The position numbers were made by a program, and so were the translations under genes. A stretch of DNA of 64,000 bases, from positions 512,001 through 576,000 of the forward strand of contig CAWGMA010000001.1 of the NCBI GenBank assembly GCA_963823555.1, written 5' to 3'. Positions 56,210 through 64,000 of the stretch are shown here, one piece after another. The stretch's first letter is position 1, and every line of letters begins with the position of its first letter. This DNA comes from Candidatus Eiseniibacteriota bacterium. Lineage in GTDB: Bacteria; Eisenbacteria; RBG-16-71-46; CAVPCR01. The notes under the pieces are model-generated. The model did not search any database. It was not told the origin of the DNA and saw only the letters and a list, made by a program, of their open reading frames with translations.

Positions 56210-57269
56210 CTAGGCCTCGGCGAGCTTCTTGATCTTGCCGCGGAACTTGGCGTAGGTCCCGTAGTCGACGTAGATCGGATGGTCCTCGAGCTGCGCCCGC
56301 GTCTGCGGGGCGAGCGTCTGCGCTTCGGTGATGCGATCGGTAACCCGCCAGATGAAGCCGTCGCTCCCGGAGCCCGAGCCGTAGCTCACCATCAGGATGC
56401 GGTCGCCCGGCTTCGCGACATCGAGGATGGCCGTGAGCCCCATCGGCGACGAGCCGGAGTAGGTGTTGCCGAGGGTCGGGCAGAGCCAGCCCTGCTCCAC
56501 CTTGCTCCTTGGGGAAGCCGAGCTCGGCCGCGGCCCGCATCGGGAACTTGCCGTTCGGCTGGTGGAAGACGGCCCAGCGGAAGTCCTCGGGCTTGGTCCC
56601 CGACTTCTCCATGATCCCGTGGGCGCAACCCAGGATGTGCTTGAAGTAGGCCGGCTCCCCGGTGAAGCGGCCGGCATGCCGCGGGTAGAACTGGTACTCG
56701 CGCCGCCAGAAGTCGGGCGTGTCGGTCATGTAGGAGTAGGTCTCCTCGCAGACGGCGAGGAGCTTCTCCCTTCCGAAGATGAAGGCCGCCGCCCCGGCCG
56801 AGGCCGAGTACTCGAGGGCATCCCCGGGGGCGCCCTGCGAGGTATCGGCGCCGATCCCGAGCGCGTAGTCGATCTGGCCCGCCTTGACGAGCGAGAGCGC
56901 GACGAACATGCCCTCGCTGCCCGCCTTGCAGGCGAACTCGAGGTCGGCGCAGTGGATCTCGGGCGTGGCCCCGAGCGCCTCGGCGACGACCGTGCCGCTC
57001 GGCTTCACGGCGTAGGGATGGGACTCGGAGCCGATGTAGATCGCACCGATGCTCGCGGGATCGACGTTGCCGGCGCGGCGGAGCGCGTTCCGCGCCGCCT
57101 CGACCGACATCGTGATCGTGTCCTGGTCGGGGGTCGGCACCGACTTCTCGCGCAGCATCAGGCCGCGCTTGTAGGACGGGGCGTCGGCGCCCCAGACCTT
57201 GGCGATCTCCTCGACCTTGATGCGGTGGCGCGGGACGTACGCCCCGTAGCCGACGATTCCGACATCCAT
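56210..57269 (-). CDS. Archaeal-type hydroxymethylglutaryl-CoA synthase; one +1 frameshift near 56502
   Basis: [11 protein letters not shown] (Glu), EFACKAG (Cys), FHQPNGKFP (His); after the shift, GNTYSG and SYGSGSGSD. 1060 nt minus 1 gives 353 codons. Confidence 0.88.
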
Positions 57270-57345
57270 GCTTCGCTCCGTCTTGTGGCGTTGAAAGCGC
57301 CCGGGTGCGCTGCAGCGAACCCGGGCCTGATGGCAAAGGCTCTAG

Positions 57346-57801
57346 TTACTCGTGGCACTCCTCATGGCGTTCGAGCATGCCACGCGCCCGGAACACGAGA
57401 TAGGGATGCACCTGAAAAGCAGCGGCCACCTCCCCCGGCGGGCCCTCGACCAGGAAACGCACGCCGCGAGTGTCCCCCTCCGCCTGGCGCACGAGCTCCT
57501 TCGCCGCCAGGCAATCCGCGGTGGGGGAGGCGACGGTCGCCGCCCTTGCCGCCCCCTGTCCTCCGCCCTCGCTGCCGGTCCGCATCCGCTCGTGAGCCCG
57601 GCGCACTTCCTCGATCAGGACGGCTCGGCCGTCCACCGTCTCCAGATAGGCGCGTGCGGCGTCGACGACGAACGGATGCACGCCGAGGGTCACCGCCACG
57701 CTCTCCAGGTAGGCCTGATGCAGGAATCCAAGGCCATGCGGATGCCGGGCGATGCGCTCGACCAGATCAGCAAGTTCAGTTGGCAGGGGTGGAGAGACCA
57801 C
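57346..57801 (-). CDS. Hypothetical protein made of two similar ~40-aa modules
   Basis: RBS GGAGGA before GTG; internal repeat G-x2-FL-x6-VA-x4-VHP-x2-V-x2-AR-x2-L; co-oriented with the HMG-CoA synthase. Confidence 0.7.
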   Translation of the reverse strand: MVSPPLPTELADLVERIARHPHGLGFLHQAYLESVAVTLGVHPFVVDAARAYLETVDGRAVLIEEVRRAHERMRTGSEGGGQGAARAATVASPTADCLAAKELVRQAEGDTRGVRFLVEGPPGEVAAAFQVHPYLVFRARGMLERHEECHE

Positions 57802-58177
57802 CGGCGATCCTCCATCAGCGGCCAGGGCATCAGACCAACGTCAGGTCCCTGCGCATAACATGTGCCGCGCATTTCGGACCCGAGCTGTGCCCTTAACTCA
57901 TTCTCAAGACGGCGATTTCGCCCATTCACCACATCGTGGGACTCCGGTTCACGGCTTCATTCTGTCACATGCATCGGGTCGGATCGGTCATTCTGTCGCA
58001 AGCGTCAGACGCAATGGCGCAGTCGCTCGGCTCCGGTCGGGCGAATGGACACATAAGAAAATAGGGAGGTTAGCTCGGTTCGGGGTTGAAATACGAGGAG
58101 CAGTCAATTTCGAGGTGTAAAATGGTGATTGCAGATAACTCTTCCGTCTCCTCGCGCCAACGATCCGGGAGGCGAAG

Positions 58178-58717
58178 ATGCGCACCAGACAATCCGCCGC
58201 GACAGCAAACAGCGCGCCGGCCGCGCACGCTGCTTACCGCAGAGAGGTCGGTAACGGGAACGGCGCGCGAGCATTTCCCATCTACGAGCGCTCCTACTCG
58301 ATCGGTCACGTGGCGCGGATGCTCTATGTGTCCGCGCAGACGATCCGCTACTACGAGCGGGAAGGGCTCATTCTTCCCACCAGAACATCCGCAGGAACCC
58401 GCCGTTACACGACGAGCGACCTCGCGCGATTGAAGCGCATTCGCGATCTCATCTCCGATGAGGGCCTCAACGTCGCCGGCATCCGGCACATGCTGGGCAT
58501 GCTCCCATGTTGGGAACTGCGCGGATGCGGCGTGGAACGGGCATCCGAGTGCTGGCAGTTGCACGATGATCGTCATCCCTGCTGGACCAATTCCTATTGC
58601 ATGTACCGGGACGGTCCCAAGACGTGTCGGGCATGCAATGTCTACCTGCGAGCCTTCGACGTGCTTGCGGGAAGGCGCGTGCTACGCCTCATGCCTTCGG
58701 GCTGGCCGCAGGCCTAG
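58178..58717 (+). CDS. MerR-family transcriptional regulator with Cys-rich (two PCW motifs) C-terminal domain
   Basis: YSIGHVARML...TIRYYEREGLI...GTRRY; C-terminus with seven Cys ending in CRACNVY. Confidence 0.88.
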   Translation: MRTRQSAATANSAPAAHAAYRREVGNGNGARAFPIYERSYSIGHVARMLYVSAQTIRYYEREGLILPTRTSAGTRRYTTSDLARLKRIRDLISDEGLNVAGIRHMLGMLPCWELRGCGVERASECWQLHDDRHPCWTNSYCMYRDGPKTCRACNVYLRAFDVLAGRRVLRLMPSGWPQA

Positions 58718-58753
58718 GCCGCAAATAGAGGCCGCAATCCAGGCGCACACAAG

Positions 58754-58786
58754 ACGGCGCCCCGGTCGGGAGGGACCGGGGCGCCG
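58754..58786. terminator. Hairpin between the convergent MerR and protease genes
   Basis: CGGCGCCCGGTC / GACCGGGGCGCCG near-perfect inverted repeat. Confidence 0.5.
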
Positions 58787-58815
58787 GTGTGATTCTGGCC
58801 TGGATTCTCGTCCCG

Positions 58816-60540
58816 CTAGCGGGCGATGAGCGCGCGGAGGGATGTCTCCTGCCCCGCGGCCTCGAGACGGAGGAAGTAGACGCCGTTCGCGAGTTCGCGC
58901 GCCGAGCCGTCGCGCCCGTCCCAGACGACGGCGTTGGCGCCGGCCGAACGCGACTCATCGACGAGCGTCCGCACGTGTCGGCCGCCGGCGTCGAAGACCT
59001 GCAGCCTCACCCGCCCTGGCGCGGGCACGGTGAAGCGGACCGTGGTTGCCGGGGCGAACGGATTCGGTGACGCGGCGAGAAGGAGCGGACCGGCACCCGG
59101 GGCGCTGGCGCCGGGGTCGGCCACCGCGGTCACGTTGGTCTCGGCGCTGTAGGTGTAGTTGGTGCCGCCAGCGGCCGAGATCCCGGCCGACACCATGACC
59201 GCGCGATCGTAGACGGGGCCGACATCCGGTAGATCGATCGTCCCCGCCTGGAGCGGATCGAGGGCCACCCGGGTCACGCGTGGCGGGAGCGTCGCGTCGA
59301 GCTCGAGCGCCCATAACGCATAGCGCGTGATGTCATTGCCGTCGAAATCGAAACCCACTCCGCTCTGCGGGTTCAGGAGCTGGATGTAGTCGGCGGCCCA
59401 GTGATTCACCGTCGCGTTGATCGGCCCCACCGGATAGGTCGAGTGTGTCGCCGAGTGGTTGAAGGGCGGGAGATCCTCACCCACATAGCCGAAGCGCCCA
59501 TCGCCGATCGCCGGGTCATCCAGGTAGTTGGCGACGACCCAGTCGGCGAACACATCCTCGAAGTTGTCGGTGTAGCCGCGTCGATCGAGCACCGCATCGT
59601 AGCCGGCGATCGAGTTGCCCGGCTCGTGGACGACATCGTAGAGCGCGGCCTCGCCGCCGTAGCGCTCGTAGAAGTAGAGCGACCACAGGTAGGTCTTGAT
59701 GTAGTCGGCCCAGGCGCCGTTGAAAACCGTGAGGTTGTTGTCGGGCTGGGAATTGAACGAACTGATGTTGTCCGGATTCCCGTAGAGCCACATGGCGACC
59801 TCGGCCAGCCCCTCGTCCACCCACGACGACTCGTTCTGGTCATGCTGCCAGTGGATCATGTGCTCGAACTCGTGGGCCAGCACCCCGAGGAGGTAATCGC
59901 CGCTGGGGGAGTTGTCCGAATCGTTGATGTAGACCACCTCGCACTCGTTGCTGGCGTAGGGCTGGCTGCCATCCGGATACTGGTCGAAGATCCAGAAGAA
60001 GCCGTCGGAGCTGACGTCGAAGTCGTAATACATGATGTAAATGCGCGGATCGTTGTCGAGGGCGTCGGGCGGGACGCCGAAGGCGGCGACGTTGATGTCG
60101 TAGATGCCCTGGTCGGGGTGCGGGCCGATGGACATCAGGTCGAAGCGCTCGATGATGCGGTCGACGTCGGCCTGGTCGATGTTCACGTTCCACTGCGAGT
60201 CCTCGACCACGACGTAGCAGTTCTGTCCCACGCCGCGGATGGTGCAGGGCAAGAGGTCGGCCACCGGAGGGCCGTTCAGGCGCCAGATGTACCACAACCA
60301 CTCGTCACCGAGGCCGGGGTTCGGCGGCGGTCCCGCCGGCGTCACCTCGGGGCCGGCGCCATCGGGGGCCGGCGGCAACGGCTCGGGCACGAGACTGCGC
60401 GCGACCTGGGTCAGGCAGCGACCATCACGGGCGGTGGGGTCGGCGGCAGGCGCGTTGCCCGCAGTCGCCGTGGCGAGAAGGAGCGCCGCGGCGAGCACGA
60501 GTGCGGGACGGGCGGCGGATCGCAAGCGGATCGAGGGCAT
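58816..60540 (-). CDS. Secreted zinc metalloprotease (M30/hyicolysin-like) with FlgD-Ig C-terminal domain
   Basis: RBS GGAGGAG, signal peptide, LAHEFEHMIH...WVDEGLAE gluzincin motif, SPNPF...WDG...NGVYFLR tail. Confidence 0.82.
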   Translation of the reverse strand: MPSIRLRSAARPALVLAAALLLATATAGNAPAADPTARDGRCLTQVARSLVPEPLPPAPDGAGPEVTPAGPPPNPGLGDEWLWYIWRLNGPPVADLLPCTIRGVGQNCYVVVEDSQWNVNIDQADVDRIIERFDLMSIGPHPDQGIYDINVAAFGVPPDALDNDPRIYIMYYDFDVSSDGFFWIFDQYPDGSQPYASNECEVVYINDSDNSPSGDYLLGVLAHEFEHMIHWQHDQNESSWVDEGLAEVAMWLYGNPDNISSFNSQPDNNLTVFNGAWADYIKTYLWSLYFYERYGGEAALYDVVHEPGNSIAGYDAVLDRRGYTDNFEDVFADWVVANYLDDPAIGDGRFGYVGEDLPPFNHSATHSTYPVGPINATVNHWAADYIQLLNPQSGVGFDFDGNDITRYALWALELDATLPPRVTRVALDPLQAGTIDLPDVGPVYDRAVMVSAGISAAGGTNYTYSAETNVTAVADPGASAPGAGPLLLAASPNPFAPATTVRFTVPAPGRVRLQVFDAGGRHVRTLVDESRSAGANAVVWDGRDGSARELANGVYFLRLEAAGQETSLRALIAR

Positions 60541-60635
60541 GACTCCTCCCTGGACATGGCTTCAAGCCGGGCCAAGTTGTCGAAGGCGGTTGCGAAGATG
60601 GCTGCACCTTAGCTTATCACAGAACGAGCGCAGGC

Positions 60636-62591
60636 TCACGCCGCTTCGGAGCGCTGTGCCCTCGCCGTGCGGTAGAGCCAGGTCGCGAGCAGCAGGAAGA
60701 TGACGAGGGAATAGGCCTCCCACGCGAATCCGCCCAGGAATGGCTGGATCCCCCAGTGAATGTGCGCGATCTCGATCAGACCGATGGTGAGGAGTCCGAT
60801 GATCGCGTCACCGGCCACGAGCCCCGAGGAGACGAGAACGCCGCGTTCGAGTCGCGATGCCGGCGGGTCGGTGCCGGGCCGCGAACGGCCGAGGAGCCAC
60901 GACACGATGCCCCCGGTGAACATGGCGGTGGAGGTCGAGAACGGGAGGTAGATCCCGATGGCGAAGGGCAGGGTCGGAATGCGCGCCAGCTCGGAGGCGA
61001 CGCCGATGCCCATGCCGATCAGGACCAGGGTCCAGGGCAGGTTGCCCCCGAAGAGCCCCTGCACGATGAGGGACATCAGGGTCGCCTGCGGCGCCGGCAG
61101 CTCCTCCGAGCCGATGGTCTTGGTCTCGTGCAGGAAATAGAGGACGAAGCCGATGGTGGCGGCGGCGGCGAAGTTGCCGACCACGTTCATCGATTGCTGG
61201 CGCCATGGCGTTGCACCCAGGATGTAGCCTGTCTTCAGGTCCTGCGACATGTCCCCGGACATGCAGATCGCGATGCAGATCACGGCGCCGACCGTCATCG
61301 CCGCGATCATGCCCGAGGTCCCGGTCCAGCCGACGCCGAGGAAAATGAGGCAAGTGACGAGGAGGGCGGTGATCGTCATGCCCGATACCGGCGAGGCCGA
61401 GGAGCCAACCTGCCCGCAGATGTAGGCGGCGACGGCAACGAAGAAGAAGGAGAGAATCGTCGTCGTCGTCACCCCGACGAAAGCGCGCCACTCCCCGAAC
61501 CCGAGCAAGCCCCAGAGAAAGACGATGGCCACGACGGAGCCGAGAAGGAGCCAGCGATTCGAGAGGTCGCGCTCGGTGCGGAGGCGCGTGTCGCCCGCGC
61601 CGCGCGTTCCGCGCACGTCGCGGAAGATCGCGGTGAAGGCGCCCACCATGAGACCCGCCGACCGCATCACTGCCATGAAGCCGCCGACCGCCACCGCGCC
61701 GGCGCCGATGTATCGCAGGTAGCGGCCCCAGATCTCCGATGGTGTCATCGTGGAGAGCGGTTGGTCGGCGAACATCGGGTTCAGGTGGCTCGAGCCGTAG
61801 GCGTGCAGGAGCGGCAGGATGATCATCCAGCCGAGGAAGCCGCCGGCGAACATGAGGGTCGCCATGCGCGGGCCGACGATCATGCCGACGCCGAGGAGCG
61901 CCGGCATGCCCTCGCCGGCCACGGTGGCCTGGTGGAGCCGCTGGAAGGTGAAGGTGAACTCCCGGTTCCAGAGCTGGAACATCTCGACCACGAAACGGTA
62001 GACGGCGCCCATCCCGATCCCGCGCATGACGAGACCGAACTGCATCCCGCCGTGCTCCCCGGCCTTCAGGATCTCGGCGCAGGCCACGCCCTCGGGATAG
62101 GCGAGCTTGCCGTGCATGCGCACGATGAGGTAGCGGCGGAGCGGGATCATGAACAGCATGCCGAGAAGACCACCGACCCCGGCGAGCGCGAAGATGAGGG
62201 CGAGGGATGGGCGCTCGCCGAGGAAGATGAGCGCGGGCACGGTGAAGATGACGCCGGCGGCGAGCGACTCGCCGCTCGATCCGATGGTCTGCACGATGTT
62301 GTTCTCGAGCACGTTCCGTGATTTGAACACGGTCGAGAGGAGGAACATGCCGATGACGGCGGCGGGCAGCGAGGCCGAGACCGTCTGGCCCGCGAGGAGG
62401 CCCAGGTAGGCATTGGCGGCACCGTAGACCACGCCGATCAGGACGCCGATCGCCACGCCGCGGAACGTGATCTCGGGCGGGCTCTCGCCGGCCGCGATGT
62501 AGGGAATGCGGTGCGGATCGTGGGCGCTCGTGCGGCCGCCGGCGGGGTTCGTGGGGAATTCGCGGCGGGTGGGCCTGGTCGCGTCGCTCAT
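60636..62591 (-). CDS. OPT family oligopeptide transporter
   Basis: AANAYLGL, ENNIVQTIGSSGES, YPEGVAC, QDLKTG, LPAPQA, FAIGIYLP, SGLVAGD. Confidence 0.92.
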   Translation of the reverse strand: MSDATRPTRREFPTNPAGGRTSAHDPHRIPYIAAGESPPEITFRGVAIGVLIGVVYGAANAYLGLLAGQTVSASLPAAVIGMFLLSTVFKSRNVLENNIVQTIGSSGESLAAGVIFTVPALIFLGERPSLALIFALAGVGGLLGMLFMIPLRRYLIVRMHGKLAYPEGVACAEILKAGEHGGMQFGLVMRGIGMGAVYRFVVEMFQLWNREFTFTFQRLHQATVAGEGMPALLGVGMIVGPRMATLMFAGGFLGWMIILPLLHAYGSSHLNPMFADQPLSTMTPSEIWGRYLRYIGAGAVAVGGFMAVMRSAGLMVGAFTAIFRDVRGTRGAGDTRLRTERDLSNRWLLLGSVVAIVFLWGLLGFGEWRAFVGVTTTTILSFFFVAVAAYICGQVGSSASPVSGMTITALLVTCLIFLGVGWTGTSGMIAAMTVGAVICIAICMSGDMSQDLKTGYILGATPWRQQSMNVVGNFAAAATIGFVLYFLHETKTIGSEELPAPQATLMSLIVQGLFGGNLPWTLVLIGMGIGVASELARIPTLPFAIGIYLPFSTSTAMFTGGIVSWLLGRSRPGTDPPASRLERGVLVSSGLVAGDAIIGLLTIGLIEIAHIHWGIQPFLGGFAWEAYSLVIFLLLATWLYRTARAQRSEAA

Positions 62592-62869
62592 GCGGGGGCT
62601 CCTTGTGCGTCCGCCGCATCCGCCCGCGGCGGACGATCGCACTCCAGGGGCCGGCCCGCGGGGCGGGCCGAGGCAAAGGCGCGAGGCAACGGAAAGGCGG
62701 GAGAATAGCAGAGAGCCGGCCCCCCGTCGCGGTGGGGGAGGAATCCCTGCCAAGATCCTCGCCGCGCAGGGCGTCTTGGATTACTCTTCCCCTGGTGGGT
62801 CGGGCCGGTGCCGGCCCGGCCTCGAGGGGCCCGCCGCCACGCGCGTGACCAGCGCATGATCCGGAGCGC

Positions 62870-63763
62870 ATGATCCGACTGAGCGTGATCATCCCCGCAT
62901 TCAATGCGGGCTCGCTGCTCGCTGAAGCGGTGGCTTCGGTGGCCGCATTTCTGCACGACGACGTCGAGGTCATCGTCGTCGACGACGGCTCGACGGATGG
63001 CTCGGCGGAGGTCGTGGCCACGATGCGCGGCGTCGTGGCGCTCCGCCAGGAGAACCAAGGGCCGGGTGCCGCGCGGAACACGGGGCTCGCCGCCGCCCGT
63101 GGGGAACACGTGGCGTTCCTCGATGCCGACGATGCCTGGCTTCCGGGACGCGTGGACGCGCTCCTGGCCACGGGCTCGCCCGAGTCGCAGGCGCTCGCCC
63201 GGGCCGATCTCGTCTATTCCGATTACGTGATCCGCGATCTCGTGCGCGGCACGCGCCGCTGCCACCGGTGCCCGCCGCTCGTCGAGCCTGCGGCGTGCAC
63301 CATCCTCCTCCACAATCCGATCGGCACCTCGACGGTGATCGCGCGGCGCGAGGCGGTCCTCGCTGCGGGAGGCTTCCGCACCGATCTCCGTTTCGCCGAG
63401 GACTGGGATCTCTGGCTCAAGATGGCCGAGCGTGGTCGCGTCGAGCACATCGCCAACGCCTGGGCTGAGCACCGCGAGCGCAAGGGAAGCCTTGCCGGGG
63501 GCGATTTCTCGCTGCTGCACCGCGCTGGAGAAGCGGTGCTCGAGGCGGCGTTCGAGCGGGCACCCGCCGTCTACCGCCCCGTGCTCGTCCGCGCTCGCGC
63601 CGGCCTGGATCTCAGAAGCGGGCTCCGCGCCTACCGGGCTCGAGATTTCGTTCGCGCGCGTGACTACTTCGGGCGAGCGGTCCGCGGCGGTCAATTGCGG
63701 CCGGGGCTCAAGCTGTATCTGGCCTCCTTCCTCGCGCGCAGCCGTCCGGAGCGCCGCGGATGA
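62870..63763 (+). CDS. GT2 family glycosyltransferase
   Basis: SVIIPAFN, VDDGSTD, ARNTG, FLDADD, AEDWDLW. Confidence 0.92.
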   Translation: MIRLSVIIPAFNAGSLLAEAVASVAAFLHDDVEVIVVDDGSTDGSAEVVATMRGVVALRQENQGPGAARNTGLAAARGEHVAFLDADDAWLPGRVDALLATGSPESQALARADLVYSDYVIRDLVRGTRRCHRCPPLVEPAACTILLHNPIGTSTVIARREAVLAAGGFRTDLRFAEDWDLWLKMAERGRVEHIANAWAEHRERKGSLAGGDFSLLHRAGEAVLEAAFERAPAVYRPVLVRARAGLDLRSGLRAYRARDFVRARDYFGRAVRGGQLRPGLKLYLASFLARSRPERRG

Positions 63764-64000
63764 CGACATCGCCCGAGTTGTCGCGGCGCCTGGTATCGAA
63801 TCTCGCCGCCTCGTTCTGGGCGATGGGGCTCAGACTGCCGGTCACCTTTCTCCTCACCCCGTTTCTCCTCACCCGGCTCGGCGATGCGCGTTTCGGCACC
63901 TTCGGCGTCTTGCTCTCGCTCCTGGCGTACCTCAACCTCGCCGGTGGCCCCTTGCACTCCTCGACCGGCCGCGAGTACGCCCACGCCGGGGACGATCCCG
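63760..64000 (+). CDS. 3'-truncated Wzx-like polysaccharide flippase
   Basis: ATGA overlap with the GT2 gene; MTTSPELSRRLVSN...FLLTPFLLTRLGDARFG. Runs off the window and is absent from the ORF track. Confidence 0.7.
   Translation, partial: MTTSPELSRRLVSNLAASFWAMGLRLPVTFLLTPFLLTRLGDARFGTFGVLLSLLAYLNLAGGPLHSSTGREYAHAGDDP

Noticed and set aside
54623..57269. phlACB (diacetylphloroglucinol) cluster
   Set aside because: No type III PKS (phlD) is nearby, and the synthase retains HMG-CoA synthase catalytic motifs.

Overview
GC-rich bacterial window, probably from a non-Bacteroidota FCB-group lineage such as Ca. Eisenbacteria, Krumholzibacteriota or Latescibacterota. That placement is an inference from five proteins ending in a FlgD-Ig/T9SS-like C-terminal domain. 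In order, the window holds: two tandem gingipain(C25)/FG-GAP paralogs; an SGNH hydrolase; tRNA-Gln and tRNA-Glu; a PP2C phosphatase; a YkuD(ElsL-like)-Mur ligase fusion abutting a Yej-type peptide ABC transporter; and two choice-of-anchor-B proteins bracketing a PstS-like/TPR/ExbB/ExbD/ExbD/TonB/STAS operon. It continues with a patatin; a full alternative complex III (actABCDEFG)-SCO-caa3 oxidase operon whose oxidase genes carry about 13 single-base frameshifts (probably sequencing errors); an RRM protein; a G-rich tandem repeat; and a run of small accessory genes. It ends with an archaeal-type HMG-CoA synthase-thiolase-DUF35 operon, preceded by an unknown duplicated-module ORF and divergent from a Cys-rich MerR regulator; a secreted metalloprotease; an OPT transporter; and the start of a polysaccharide locus. 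The best candidates for an undescribed system are (1) a peptidoglycan-recycling module (fused L,D-carboxypeptidase-ligase plus Yej-like importer) and (2) a possibly redox- or metal-regulated archaeal-type mevalonate entry operon. All family calls come from motif recognition by eye; no database searches were run.
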